Assembly (NCBI GenBank): GCA_047616585.1
Contig: JBLHGD010000002.1
Coordinates: forward strand, 1-36,820
From: Candidatus Azotimanducaceae bacterium
GTDB taxonomy: Bacteria; Patescibacteriota; Minisyncoccia; Phycocordibacterales; UBA918
Length of the DNA: 36,820 nucleotides
Direction of reading: 5' to 3'
The notes beneath the pieces are model-generated. The model saw only the letters and a list, made by a program, of their open reading frames with translations, was not told the origin of the DNA and ran no database searches. Below, piece after piece: positions 1-9,610 of this stretch. Both the position numbers and the translations under genes were made by a program. How positions within the stretch are numbered: position 1 is the first letter of the stretch; every line of letters starts with the position of its first letter.

Positions 1-5
1 TGCCC

Positions 6-113
6 ATATCATCAATGATATAGAGACTGTTGCGTACATTTTGATATCATTGATGATATAAAACCCACTACCCACTGTTACATTCTCGGATTTCTTTATA
101 TCATTGATGATAT
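6..113. repeat. Cluster of three 16-bp inverted-repeat boxes ATATCAT-NN-ATGATAT
   Basis: Exact boxes at 6-21 (centre CA), 44-59 (centre TG) and 98-113 (centre TG). The 7-nt arms are identical to those of the eight boxes at 14181-14952. The spacers resemble those of the 14762-14857 cluster. Confidence 0.9.
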
Positions 114-191
114 TATGTTGTGATATTTAAAGAAGTATTTGTCTATAGGGAAAACTTGAAACCCAACACTAACACGCGCACCGATAGATAT

Positions 192-220
192 TTGTAACTG
201 ATCGCATGGTCGTATATAGT
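192..220 (+). promoter_or_regulatory. Putative sigma-70 promoter for hisS
   Basis: TTGTAA (192-197), 17-nt spacer, TATAGT (215-220), about 28 nt upstream of the hisS ATG. Pattern match only. Confidence 0.25.
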
Positions 221-247
221 TAATACATACTTAATTTTTCTGACAGG

Positions 248-1516
248 ATGAACAAATCTAACAAAGAGCTATCAACTGATCCATACAAAGGTGTGCGGGA
301 TTTTTATCCGGAGGATATGGCAGTGCAGCAGTATATGTTTGATGTGTGGAGTAAGACTGCTGAGAGTTTTGGGTTTGAACGGTATGATGCTTCGATTCTT
401 GAGCCGTCAGCCCTGTATAGAAGCAAAGGAGCGGTAAATGAAGAGATGGTCAATGAGCAGACGTATACCTTTACTGACAGAGGTGATCGTGAGGTGACAC
501 TTCGCCCTGAAATGACACCGTCTGTTGCGCGCATGATCGCAGGCAAGCATAGAGAGCTCTCCTTCCCTGTTCGGTGGTATTCAATTCCAAATCTGTTTCG
601 ATACGAACGTATGCAGCGAGGGCGCTTGCGCGAGCACTGGCAATTGAATTGCGATATTTTTGGTGCCGAACACATGTCTGCTGATGTTGAATTGATAGCA
701 CTTGCACATCAGATATTTATAAACTTTGGGGCTGATTCTGACATGTTCGAAGTGAGGATCAACAGCAGAAAGGCGCTTGACGCGCACTTTGAAACATCAG
801 GAATCACAGACTCGGAGACAATTGCAGCTGTGACCAATATCATTGATAAAAAAGCCAAGATGTCAGAAGAAGAGTTTGCGACGAAACTAACTGAGGCTGC
901 AGGTGGTGAGTTCGCACTTCCCGATTCGACCCCAAAAGAAGTATCCGATGTACTAGATGCACTTTCAGAACTTGGCATTACTAACGCAGTACACGACCCT
1001 TCAATTGTGCGTGGATTTGACTACTACACAGGAACTGTCTTTGAAATCTTTGACAAGAATCCTGAGAACAATCGCTCAATGATGGGCGGAGGGCGCTACG
1101 ACAACCTTACAGAGATGTTCCTGCCTGCCGGACAGGCGGGTGGTGGTGAGCCGATTACAGGAGTTGGGTTTGGATTTGGTGACGTGACACTCCGTAACTT
1201 CCTTGAAAGCAATGATCTACTGACTTCCAACATTACTTCCCCGTCACTTATGGTCATTCCTACAGATACCGAGTTTAACCTCGAAGGACAAAAAATCGCA
1301 AAAGCATTCCGTGATGCTGGCATGAGTGTTTCTGTGGACATATCAAATCGAAAAGTTGGCAAGAAAATATCTGCTGCCAGTGACGCATTAGCTGAATACG
1401 TTCTGGTACTCGGCGAAGATGAGATCAAATCACAAAACTACACACTAAAAAATCTTATTGAAGAAACTGAAGAATCCGGGACGCTAGACACACTTATAGC
1501 TCAACTCACCAACTAA
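248..1516 (+). CDS. hisS: Histidine--tRNA ligase
   Basis: 422-aa ORF with class II HisRS motifs (GVRDFYPED, LRPEMTPSVAR, FRYERMQRGRLREHWQ, GGGRYD) and a C-terminal anticodon-binding-like region. Confidence 0.95.
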   Translation: MNKSNKELSTDPYKGVRDFYPEDMAVQQYMFDVWSKTAESFGFERYDASILEPSALYRSKGAVNEEMVNEQTYTFTDRGDREVTLRPEMTPSVARMIAGKHRELSFPVRWYSIPNLFRYERMQRGRLREHWQLNCDIFGAEHMSADVELIALAHQIFINFGADSDMFEVRINSRKALDAHFETSGITDSETIAAVTNIIDKKAKMSEEEFATKLTEAAGGEFALPDSTPKEVSDVLDALSELGITNAVHDPSIVRGFDYYTGTVFEIFDKNPENNRSMMGGGRYDNLTEMFLPAGQAGGGEPITGVGFGFGDVTLRNFLESNDLLTSNITSPSLMVIPTDTEFNLEGQKIAKAFRDAGMSVSVDISNRKVGKKISAASDALAEYVLVLGEDEIKSQNYTLKNLIEETEESGTLDTLIAQLTN

Positions 1517-1551
1517 TCCCCTCCCCGATAGGATACGTCGTTTGTCATTGT

Positions 1552-1578
1552 TAAAGTAAGGGGTTTAACCCCTTACTT
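1552..1578 (+). terminator. Hairpin downstream of hisS
   Basis: AAAGTAAGGGG / CCCCTTACTTT 11-bp stem with a 5-nt loop, about 36 nt after the hisS stop. There is no long T-run. Confidence 0.5.
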
Positions 1579-1632
1579 TAGTTAATCCATGTTACTGCAG
1601 AAGGTTTTTGGAGAATCCCCTAGCATGGACTC

Positions 1633-1670
1633 TTGACACAACGACCTTGCGAAAGTATGATATTATCATA
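1633..1670 (+). promoter_or_regulatory. Promoter plus palindromic operator of the toxin-antitoxin operon
   Basis: TTGACA (1633-1638), 17 nt, TATGAT (1656-1661). The 15-nt palindrome TATGATATTATCATA (1656-1670) overlaps the -10 element. Confidence 0.6.
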
Positions 1671-1693
1671 TTACTTTATAATACATTAATTAT

Positions 1694-1897
1694 ATGACTA
1701 CTATCTCAGTCCCCTTGCCAGCTCATCTTGAAGAGTTTGTTACTAAACTCGCTAAGGAACGAGGTTCAAATAAAGCTGCTGTCGTGCGATCAGCACTCGA
1801 CCTGTTGGCTGAAGAAGAAGCGGTACAGGCGGTGCTGCAAGCACAGAACGAACCGACGCTAAAGGGCGACCTTCGCGAGCTGATGAAGAAAATCTAA
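1694..1897 (+). CDS. Ribbon-helix-helix (CopG/ParD-like) antitoxin
   Basis: 67-aa ORF. It has an N-terminal strand (TISVPLPAHL) followed by helices (KAAVVRSALDLL), typical of RHH proteins. It ends 6 nt before the toxin ORF. Confidence 0.7.
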   Translation: MTTISVPLPAHLEEFVTKLAKERGSNKAAVVRSALDLLAEEEAVQAVLQAQNEPTLKGDLRELMKKI

Positions 1898-1903
1898 TAT
1901 AGT

Positions 1904-2164
1904 ATGAAAGTTCACTATAAACCATCATTTATAAGACGCTTAAAACGTCTCGATCCAAAGTTGCAAGAAGAAGTGATTGAAAAAATTGAACTATTCAAAA
2001 CTGATCCTGAGCATCCCCAACTTAAACCACACAAACTCAAAGGAAAGTTTCGTGGATGTTATAGTTTCTCTGTAAATTACAAGATACGCATTTTGTTTGA
2101 ATACGTATCTGAAAATGAGGTAGTACTGCTCGTTGTAGGAAGCCATGCTGTGTATCATGCATAA
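1904..2164 (+). CDS. RelE/ParE-superfamily type II toxin (YafQ/RelE-like)
   Basis: 86-aa ORF with the pattern PHKLKGKFRGCYSFSVNYKIRILFEY..EVVLLVVGSHAVY, characteristic of RelE/YafQ mRNA interferases. Confidence 0.75.
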   Translation: MKVHYKPSFIRRLKRLDPKLQEEVIEKIELFKTDPEHPQLKPHKLKGKFRGCYSFSVNYKIRILFEYVSENEVVLLVVGSHAVYHA

Positions 2165-2232
2165 TAGAGATGCTACCTCATGAACACTACAAACCGCGAA
2201 CATAAACAACTTTAAATTAGCAACTACACGAT

Positions 2233-2808
2233 ATGCGGTACATTGTCTTTGATATAGAAACACAGAATATTTTTCAGGACGTTGGGTCAAATGACCCAAC
2301 AGCTTTGGATATTAGTGTGGTTTCTCTCTACGACAGCGAAACAGAAAAATACACTACAGTAGATCATGAGCACCTACATGAACTGTGGCCGATATTTGAG
2401 AAAGCAGATGCGCTTGTTGGATACAACAGTAACCACTTTGACATTCCCCTTTTGAATAAATACTATCCAGGAGACTTAACACACATTAAGAGTATTGATC
2501 TGCTTGATGATATACGGGAATCGCTCGGGCGGCGTCTACGCCTTGATTCGGTGGCGCAGGCCACTGTGGGAGCTAAGAAATCCGCTGATGGCCTACAAGC
2601 TGTTCGTTGGTTTCGTGAAGGAAAAATTGATGAGATCAAGAAATACTGCGAACAAGACGTAAAAGTGACTAAGAAAGTATTCGAGTACGCTATGGAACAC
2701 GGTCACGTGAAATTCAAAGACGGCTACCGCAAAAAAGACATCCCAATAGATACCTCACGATGGACTCAAAAAGAAGACTCCTCAATGACCCATTCTTTGC
2801 CGTTCTAA
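2233..2808 (+). CDS. DEDD-type 3'-5' exonuclease (RNase H-like fold)
   Basis: 191-aa ORF with FDIET (Exo I), GYNSNHFDIPLL (Exo II) and YCEQDVKVT (Exo III) motifs. Confidence 0.75.
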   Translation: MRYIVFDIETQNIFQDVGSNDPTALDISVVSLYDSETEKYTTVDHEHLHELWPIFEKADALVGYNSNHFDIPLLNKYYPGDLTHIKSIDLLDDIRESLGRRLRLDSVAQATVGAKKSADGLQAVRWFREGKIDEIKKYCEQDVKVTKKVFEYAMEHGHVKFKDGYRKKDIPIDTSRWTQKEDSSMTHSLPF

Positions 2809-3614
2809 CCGTAAAGCACAACAAAGATAACAAAAGCAGCAAGAATGATCCTATACCAAATAAACGGCCAAAGCGTGTGTTTGCGGACAAATGAAATCAT
2901 GAAATGGACGGCAAACAGACCTGTGAGGAATGCTGTGACTGCTCCCACCCCAACAGCAGTCCACTCTACCCCCACATCACTCACAATAAGCTCCAAAAGC
3001 TTTTTCATCCCTGCACCAAGGATAACCGGGACCGCAAGCAAAAAAGCAAAACGAGCTGCCTCACTCCTGGTAAAACCAAGCAACATGGCTCCTGCTATGG
3101 TTGATCCTGATCGTGACATGCCTGGAATCAGCGCCAACGACTGAAACAAACCAATTTTAAAACCCTTTTTTACAGTCAAATCATTTGCTTGATGGTTGTG
3201 CATGTATACCCACTCTGCATACATAAAAAAGATAGATCCGGCGATAAGCACAAGAGCTACCAGCAAAGGGTGTCTAAAATAGCTTTCCATCATAGACTCG
3301 AATGACAGACCCAGGACAACGGCTGGAATCGTACCAATCAAGATTGCATACAGAAGTGTCAGATCAGACTGATTAACTGGCAAACGGCTTAGCTTACGCA
3401 GCGCAGTGTTGATCAGCACCAAAATATCCTTCCAAAAATAGACAATGACTGCTGCTGCGGTTGCTAAATGCAAAATCGCATCGAACGCAAGCGCATAACT
3501 ATCGTCAACGTGAAACAATTCGCGTGCGAGGATGAGGTGACCTGTTGAAGATACAGGCAAAAACTCTGTTAAACCCTGAACCACACCCAGTGCTATTGCT
3601 TCAAAAACTCCCAT
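2805..3614 (-). CDS. uppP: Undecaprenyl-diphosphate phosphatase
   Basis: 269-aa polytopic ORF with the BacA/UppP signatures EFLPVSSTGH and PGMSRSGSTI. Confidence 0.95.
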   Translation of the reverse strand: MGVFEAIALGVVQGLTEFLPVSSTGHLILARELFHVDDSYALAFDAILHLATAAAVIVYFWKDILVLINTALRKLSRLPVNQSDLTLLYAILIGTIPAVVLGLSFESMMESYFRHPLLVALVLIAGSIFFMYAEWVYMHNHQANDLTVKKGFKIGLFQSLALIPGMSRSGSTIAGAMLLGFTRSEAARFAFLLAVPVILGAGMKKLLELIVSDVGVEWTAVGVGAVTAFLTGLFAVHFMISFVRKHTLWPFIWYRIILAAFVIFVVLYG

Positions 3615-3711
3615 ATAGATTTATTGGCGATTATACCACGCAGAGTAATAATCTGAGTATGTACAATATGATATGATGTACCCTACATAAAATAAAGTAA
3701 CAATAATTGTC

Positions 3712-4488
3712 ATGGAAGAAACTCAATTTACATCAAATCAAAATACTGGAGTACAGAAAACACAATCATTAGCTATACCCATTTCTATTATTCTAGGATT
3801 CGGACTTATTGCAGCTGCAATATTCTTTAGTGGAAAAGGTGCAGGCGCTCCTGTTGTAATGCCAAACATTGGAGACACACCAAGCCCTACAGAACAAGGC
3901 TCACCCGAAGCGATTAATCCAGTGACTGAAGACGACCACATCCGCGGGAATCCAAACGCACAGTTGGTACTTGTTGAGTACTCTGACTATGACTGCCCAT
4001 TTTGTAAAAACTTCCACGAAACTATGAATCAAGTGATGGAAGAGTATGGTGAGGATGGTCGAGTTGCGTGGGTGTATCGACACTTCCCGCTTGAACAACT
4101 ACACCCGAATGCACCTCGCATCGCACAGTCTGCAGAGTGTGTTGCGAAGCTCGGTGGCAACGACGCATTTTGGTCATTTTCTGATCTCATATTTGGAGAG
4201 AGGGAAACTAATGCACAGACAAACCCAGTACTTATTCCAGACTTCGCGGTTGCATCGGGTGTAGAACTTGATGCGTTCAACTCATGTCTTGAAAGTGGTG
4301 AGACAAAAGGCGAAGTTGAGGAAGATTTCACAAACGCAATTGCTATTGGAGGACGTGGTACACCACACACCATTGTGATGGTAGGTGGTCAGCAAGCACC
4401 TATAAATGGCGCCCAGCCGTTTGAAGTTGTGAAGACAATGATCGATAATCTCCTCGCACAACTAGACGGAGGTAGTGTCGCACAATAG
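3712..4488 (+). CDS. DsbA-family thiol:disulfide oxidoreductase, membrane-anchored
   Basis: 258-aa ORF with an N-terminal TM helix and a thioredoxin-fold CPFC active site (YSDYDCPFCKNF). Confidence 0.85.
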   Translation: MEETQFTSNQNTGVQKTQSLAIPISIILGFGLIAAAIFFSGKGAGAPVVMPNIGDTPSPTEQGSPEAINPVTEDDHIRGNPNAQLVLVEYSDYDCPFCKNFHETMNQVMEEYGEDGRVAWVYRHFPLEQLHPNAPRIAQSAECVAKLGGNDAFWSFSDLIFGERETNAQTNPVLIPDFAVASGVELDAFNSCLESGETKGEVEEDFTNAIAIGGRGTPHTIVMVGGQQAPINGAQPFEVVKTMIDNLLAQLDGGSVAQ

Positions 4489-4500
4489 ACCGTGCGTCCA

Positions 4501-4539
4501 ATACAAAAGACCGGCAACACAGTTGCCGGTCTTTTGTAT
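4501..4539. terminator. Bidirectional terminator hairpin between convergent genes
   Basis: ATACAAAAGACCGGCAAC / GTTGCCGGTCTTTTGTAT stem with an A-run on one side and a T-run on the other. It lies between the DsbA-like stop and the helicase stop. Confidence 0.8.
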
Positions 4540-4541
4540 TA

Positions 4542-7500
4542 TTAATCCCCCACCAACATAGTGACTAAATCACAATAATCGGACACATTAGGATCACAGG
4601 GCTCCCCGAGAAACTTCCCAGAAATAATTTCCTTCACTACAGCAATGATCTCAGTGTGCAACGCAGCAATTTCATCATCAGTAATGGTATACGCTTCTTC
4701 ATGAATCACTCCTTTACTGTCCGGCTCAAGAAACGCAAGAACTCCTTCTCTACAGGCATATCGTTCATCACCGTACAACTCTAACAATAATGCATAAAAT
4801 GTAAGCTGGCGCTTATATCCTCCATCAGAGGTTTTGGTATTCCCTTCGATGACATTTCGGGTCTTCGGCTTCCCTGTTTTGTAATCAATAACTCGCACAA
4901 CGTTTCCGTCACTATCGAAATCTAATCTGTCGAGTTTACCAGTAAGTATCAACTCGGGAAATTCAGGAATGCCTGTATCCATAGTTACTCGCACACTAAA
5001 CTCTTCAGAAGTTTTCTTTGGATACGAAGGAGCCGTATGCTGGATATAAGCATGCAATGCCTCTAGGCCCCGTTCATGTCTGCGAACATACTCTTCTTTA
5101 GAGATTGGCAAACGAGAGAGCTCTTGCTCTAAAAGTTTTTGTATCTCTGTATCAGTAGAAAGTTTCTGTTCTCTTGTGTGGAATGCCGTTACTTTCTCCA
5201 TCACGTTATGCATCGCTGTGCCAAACTGCATATGCAACGGCTGTACCTCAGGCACGCGCAACACATTGCGATAGAAGTAATCCCACGGACTTTTCAAATA
5301 ATTATTCAATGCAGTAGCTGAAAGTCCACGCTCAGACAATACCTTCTTGAGAAATTCAATTTCAATTTTTGGTGCAGGGTGTGACTGAGCCAAACTAGAT
5401 ACAGGATTATACGCATCTTCTTCTGCAATAGTAGTGCACGTAACACAATAGGCATCATCGATGTCCTCAAAGAGTCGAGACGGGGCTAGCTCTTTCCCAA
5501 GCGCATTAGTTGCCGAAGACGACATGCACAGACTCTTTTTTGCGCGAGTCATGGCAACATATAAAAGCCTACGCTCATCATCAAGCTCATCAAGTGTAGA
5601 TACGTCGATATGTTTCGTCAGTGGAATATCAAAGTATGATCGCTTCTTTGATCCGCCATACTGTGAATCAGTCACATGAGGGATCAAGACAGTGTCGAAC
5701 TCCAGGCCTTTAGACTTGTGAGCTGTCATAACCTGCACCGCCTGCGTGCTTGTTGCTATAAATGGTGCGTTAATCGGAAGTTTGTATTCGGCACTTTTCT
5801 TGAATGCTGCACTGACATCTGTAAGAGTTGCCAAATTATCGCGAGTAACCATAGATTCAATTTCGTCATAGACTCGTCGCAGCACGCGCGTACCCTCAAA
5901 AGGATCAGTGGCTATCACATGGTCCAGAAATCCACTTTCACGTAATACAAATTCTAAAACGCGATGTGGCGCGTCGGTCGCTTCCTTACTGCGAGCAGCT
6001 TCCAGAACTCTCGTCACACGTACTACAGCATCACTGTCGTGCACACCAATTTCAGAAAGCTTCTGCTCATCTGAGATAATCTCAAGGAGTGTCGTACCAT
6101 ATCTTTGTGCGCTGACGATCTTCACCAAATCATTCTTAGAGACACCCCAATATGAGCCGTGTAACACAGTGAACAACGAGCGTTCGTGCCTAGTTTCCAC
6201 AATCGCACTCATGATACTCAGAACACTGTGCGTAATTGGATGCGACAACACGTCTCCATCAGCGCTCGCATGCACCTGTACCCCATGTTTGCGCAGCAAT
6301 AATGCAATCTGCTCTACTTCCCTATTTGTACGCACAATAACCGCTATTTCTTGCGGCTGCGTTCCTGTCTCAATTGCCGTTTGCACACTCGTGCGTATCC
6401 ATGCATCTTCAACAACTTCATGCGAAAAATGTCGCTGCTCTACTACTGCAGAAAATGTATGCGCGGACGTAAGCGGAACACGGAGTGCTGCAGCAGGCCC
6501 TTCATCTATATGAATGAGACTATGCGAGGCATCAAGTACCATCTGTCCCGACCGATAGCTTTCAGTGAGTGCTATCGTCGTCGTGTTCGGGAACTTCTCT
6601 TCAAAATAAAGAAAGTTCTCCAGTGATGCACCTTGGAATCTATAGATTGCCTGCTTCTCATCTCCTACAACAAAAATATTAGGACTTTCATGATAGGAAG
6701 CCAGTAATTCAAGAATGCGATTTTGCGATCCATTAACGTCCTGGTGTTCATCAGCCAAAAGATACTGGTAGGTTTCCTGAAGATCACGAAGCATATCTTC
6801 GTTATCTTGCAGGGCCTTTACCGTCTCCACAATCATGTCTTCAAAGTCATATAAATGCTGCTCTTTCAGAAGAGTTTCGTACTGACGGTAGATATATAGA
6901 AGTTCACGATTCTTCTCAATACCCTTCTCTTTTTTGGTGTACTCGCCTCGAACCTTACCCTTATGGGCTCCTTTTACATGAATTTTTTCAATTCCAAGTA
7001 GCTCAGTATCTTGTTGCGCAATCACGTCTGCAAACAAGTCTGGGGTGAGATACTCCTGCTTGAGAGTACCTAACATGCGAAGTATATGATTGATGTAGTA
7101 CGATGGGTCACCAGCTGGACGCAAAATTTTTATCTCTGTATTTTCAAGGATTGTCTCAATACACTCGATCTTCTCAAGCTCAGTCGCAGGCCTACCACCA
7201 ATTACTTTCGTGTACGCGTCAGGATAACTTCGAATCAGAAACTCTGAAAAACCATGGAAGGTGAAAATATTGACCCGATATGCATCCGCACCAATATACC
7301 GTCGTAATCGCTCACGCATTGCCTTGGCCCCACTTTCGGTAAACGTAAGCGCGAGGATATTCGAAGCGGCAATATCTGTCCGCAAAAGTATATTCGCTAT
7401 GCGCAACGTTAGAATTTGTGTCTTTCCTGTACCGGGACCCGCTACGACCATGACAGGTCCTTCAATTGTATCCACAGCCTGTTTTTGAGCTGCATTAAGT

Positions 7501-7562
7501 TGTGAATAAGCTTCACTAAACGCAGTGCTCACAGAGTCTCCGATTTCATTGGGTTTTGACAT
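4542..7562 (-). CDS. UvrD/PcrA-type SF1 helicase fused to a C-terminal PD-(D/E)XK (RecB/Cas4-like) nuclease
   Basis: 1006-aa ORF. It has Walker A (AGPGTGKT), the UvrD motifs (LLADEHQDVN, TAHKSKGLEF, YVAMTRAK), and a C-terminal DRLD...VIDYKTGK...YKRQLTFYALL nuclease core. Confidence 0.85.
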   Translation of the reverse strand: MSKPNEIGDSVSTAFSEAYSQLNAAQKQAVDTIEGPVMVVAGPGTGKTQILTLRIANILLRTDIAASNILALTFTESGAKAMRERLRRYIGADAYRVNIFTFHGFSEFLIRSYPDAYTKVIGGRPATELEKIECIETILENTEIKILRPAGDPSYYINHILRMLGTLKQEYLTPDLFADVIAQQDTELLGIEKIHVKGAHKGKVRGEYTKKEKGIEKNRELLYIYRQYETLLKEQHLYDFEDMIVETVKALQDNEDMLRDLQETYQYLLADEHQDVNGSQNRILELLASYHESPNIFVVGDEKQAIYRFQGASLENFLYFEEKFPNTTTIALTESYRSGQMVLDASHSLIHIDEGPAAALRVPLTSAHTFSAVVEQRHFSHEVVEDAWIRTSVQTAIETGTQPQEIAVIVRTNREVEQIALLLRKHGVQVHASADGDVLSHPITHSVLSIMSAIVETRHERSLFTVLHGSYWGVSKNDLVKIVSAQRYGTTLLEIISDEQKLSEIGVHDSDAVVRVTRVLEAARSKEATDAPHRVLEFVLRESGFLDHVIATDPFEGTRVLRRVYDEIESMVTRDNLATLTDVSAAFKKSAEYKLPINAPFIATSTQAVQVMTAHKSKGLEFDTVLIPHVTDSQYGGSKKRSYFDIPLTKHIDVSTLDELDDERRLLYVAMTRAKKSLCMSSSATNALGKELAPSRLFEDIDDAYCVTCTTIAEEDAYNPVSSLAQSHPAPKIEIEFLKKVLSERGLSATALNNYLKSPWDYFYRNVLRVPEVQPLHMQFGTAMHNVMEKVTAFHTREQKLSTDTEIQKLLEQELSRLPISKEEYVRRHERGLEALHAYIQHTAPSYPKKTSEEFSVRVTMDTGIPEFPELILTGKLDRLDFDSDGNVVRVIDYKTGKPKTRNVIEGNTKTSDGGYKRQLTFYALLLELYGDERYACREGVLAFLEPDSKGVIHEEAYTITDDEIAALHTEIIAVVKEIISGKFLGEPCDPNVSDYCDLVTMLVGD

Positions 7563-7698
7563 ATCTTGTACAGTATATCACTGTGCATAATCAGTCTATA
7601 CAAATAGCAAAAGAAGAGTATTATGCGTCCCATTACACTATTATGAAACCTTCGAGAACCTCTCGATTTTATCAGAATGAGGTGTATAATCATATTAT

Positions 7699-8157
7699 AT
7701 GGAAGTAAAAGATATTCTCAAAGAAGCAGTCACCATATCCGAAGAGGCCTCGTTTACACAAGCCATCGGTGCAATGATTGAAAAGCAAACAAACACACTT
7801 CTCGTAACCGACACGGATGGTTTACTCGTTGGGGTCGTGAGTGTTGCTGATCTACTCGATGCTATTGTCCCTGAATATCTCGATGGAGACAGCATTGCAG
7901 CGCACTTCGCAACCGAAGATATGTTTAAAGAAGCTGTAAAAGACACCCAAGAAAAGCAAGTGCAATTCTTCATGTCTCACGACTTCAGCACTGTTGAAAT
8001 GGATGACGGGCTTATGGCCGTTGCAGCTACCGCAATCGCGCATCAGCGCGGACGAATCCCAGTAGTTGATACGGACGGACGTCCGGTTGGTATCATTTCA
8101 CGCCAGGGCCTAAAACACATCATTGGCAACTTCCTCGGAATTAAGGACTCTGCATAA
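7699..8157 (+). CDS. CBS domain pair protein
   Basis: 152-aa ORF with two CBS-like repeats (LLVTDTDGLLVGVVSVADLL and IPVVDTDGRPVGIISRQGL). Confidence 0.8.
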   Translation: MEVKDILKEAVTISEEASFTQAIGAMIEKQTNTLLVTDTDGLLVGVVSVADLLDAIVPEYLDGDSIAAHFATEDMFKEAVKDTQEKQVQFFMSHDFSTVEMDDGLMAVAATAIAHQRGRIPVVDTDGRPVGIISRQGLKHIIGNFLGIKDSA

Positions 8158-8225
8158 ATTATTAATCTAAGACAAGCAAGGCACGTGAGTGTACCTGGCT
8201 TTTTTATTGAACACAATCAACGACT

Positions 8226-9581
8226 ATGGAAACGACAGAACTCATCGCATTAGTAATTTTCGGAGTGACATTCTTTTTTATACTCACCGAACGAATCCAT
8301 CGAACGGTTGTTGGTCTTTTTGGGGCCATGACTATGGTCTTAGCTGGAATGTATTTTGATTTCTACCATCCAGACCAATTACTGGGAGTCATCGACTTCA
8401 ACACACTAGGACTGCTCTTCGGTATGATGCTTTTGGTTGGGATGCTCGAACAAACAGGGGCCTTTCAATATTTAGGTATCTGGACCGCGAAAAAGACCGG
8501 AGGGAGTCCGTGGAAGCTTATGGTTGCGCTTTCAGCAATCACTGCAGTCCTGTCAATGATTCTAGATAACGTCACCACGATCATCTTGATCGTACCAATC
8601 ACGATCATCATCGCTGAGATGCTGAAGATCAACCCGACGCCAATTCTGATGGCTGAAGCACTCTTATCTAACGTTGGTGGTACAGCAACCTTAATTGGAG
8701 ACCCACCGAACATCATGATTGGTTCAGCAGCGGCCTTCTCTTTTAATGACTTTTTAATTCATGCACTTCCAGTTGTACTGGTTACCTGGGTCTTTACACT
8801 TATACTCTTTAAATTCCTCTTCAAAAAAGATCTAGCGCAAAAACCACAAAACGTAGACCAACTGATGAAAATGGACGAAAAGCAAGCCATCAAGGAGCCT
8901 AAGATTCTCAAGAAACTTCTCTTTGTGTTTGCGCTCGTTATCTTCCTATTTTTCACACACGGATACTTCCATCTGGCTCCTGCAATGGTTGCGCTGATCG
9001 GTGCTGCGTTGGCACTTATGGTTATCGCTCCTAAGCACGACCCTCAAAAAATGCTCGAGAAGTGTGAGCTGTCAGTACTACTGTTCTTTGGTTCACTGTT
9101 TGTGATTGTCGGAGGTCTTGAGCACGCTGGAGTTTTAGAGCGACTTGCAAACCTCCTTACTGCCGGAGCAAGCGAGAACCTCCTTATGACTGCGATTATC
9201 ATTCTATGGTCCAGCGCCATTCTCTCTGCTTTGGTTGATAACATCCCCCTTACCGTTGCGATGATTCCAATTATTGCCTACTTGGGTACGCAAGGTGTGC
9301 CAATTGATCTACTTTGGTGGGCACTGGTATTTGGGGTTGGATTCGGCGGAAACGGTTCACCAATTGGATCTACTGCTGGAGTTATCGTTGTGTCAAAGTC
9401 TGAAAAGACTGACAATCCAATTTCATTCATCGACTGGATGAAACAAGGTGTACCTACAATGATCATCGGACTTATCGTTGCCACTATAGCTCTTACAATC
9501 GCAACCCCATGGTTTGAAACCTCAGAAGCAGACCTGCTCGCTGAAGCTGTCCAAACAGAGGAAGCCCCGACCTCACACTAA
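8226..9581 (+). CDS. ArsB/NhaD-superfamily (SLC13/CitMHS-like) permease
   Basis: 451-aa polytopic ORF with duplicated halves and the family-typical NVGGTATLIGDPPN segment. Confidence 0.8.
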   Translation: METTELIALVIFGVTFFFILTERIHRTVVGLFGAMTMVLAGMYFDFYHPDQLLGVIDFNTLGLLFGMMLLVGMLEQTGAFQYLGIWTAKKTGGSPWKLMVALSAITAVLSMILDNVTTIILIVPITIIIAEMLKINPTPILMAEALLSNVGGTATLIGDPPNIMIGSAAAFSFNDFLIHALPVVLVTWVFTLILFKFLFKKDLAQKPQNVDQLMKMDEKQAIKEPKILKKLLFVFALVIFLFFTHGYFHLAPAMVALIGAALALMVIAPKHDPQKMLEKCELSVLLFFGSLFVIVGGLEHAGVLERLANLLTAGASENLLMTAIIILWSSAILSALVDNIPLTVAMIPIIAYLGTQGVPIDLLWWALVFGVGFGGNGSPIGSTAGVIVVSKSEKTDNPISFIDWMKQGVPTMIIGLIVATIALTIATPWFETSEADLLAEAVQTEEAPTSH

Positions 9582-9610
9582 GTACCAAACAAGAGACTGG
9601 GAACAACGAC

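Noticed and set aside
4542-7562. + strand ORFs of 60-201 aa inside the helicase-nuclease gene (for example 5908-6513).
   Set aside because: They are antisense to a well-supported 1006-aa ORF. Their Cys/Ser/Thr-rich composition is typical of shadow frames.
7685-7701. TATAAT 8 nt upstream of the CBS-protein ATG suggests a leaderless mRNA.
   Set aside because: No convincing -35 or extended -10 element is present. A single hexamer in AT-rich DNA is insufficient, so I noted it only as a possibility.
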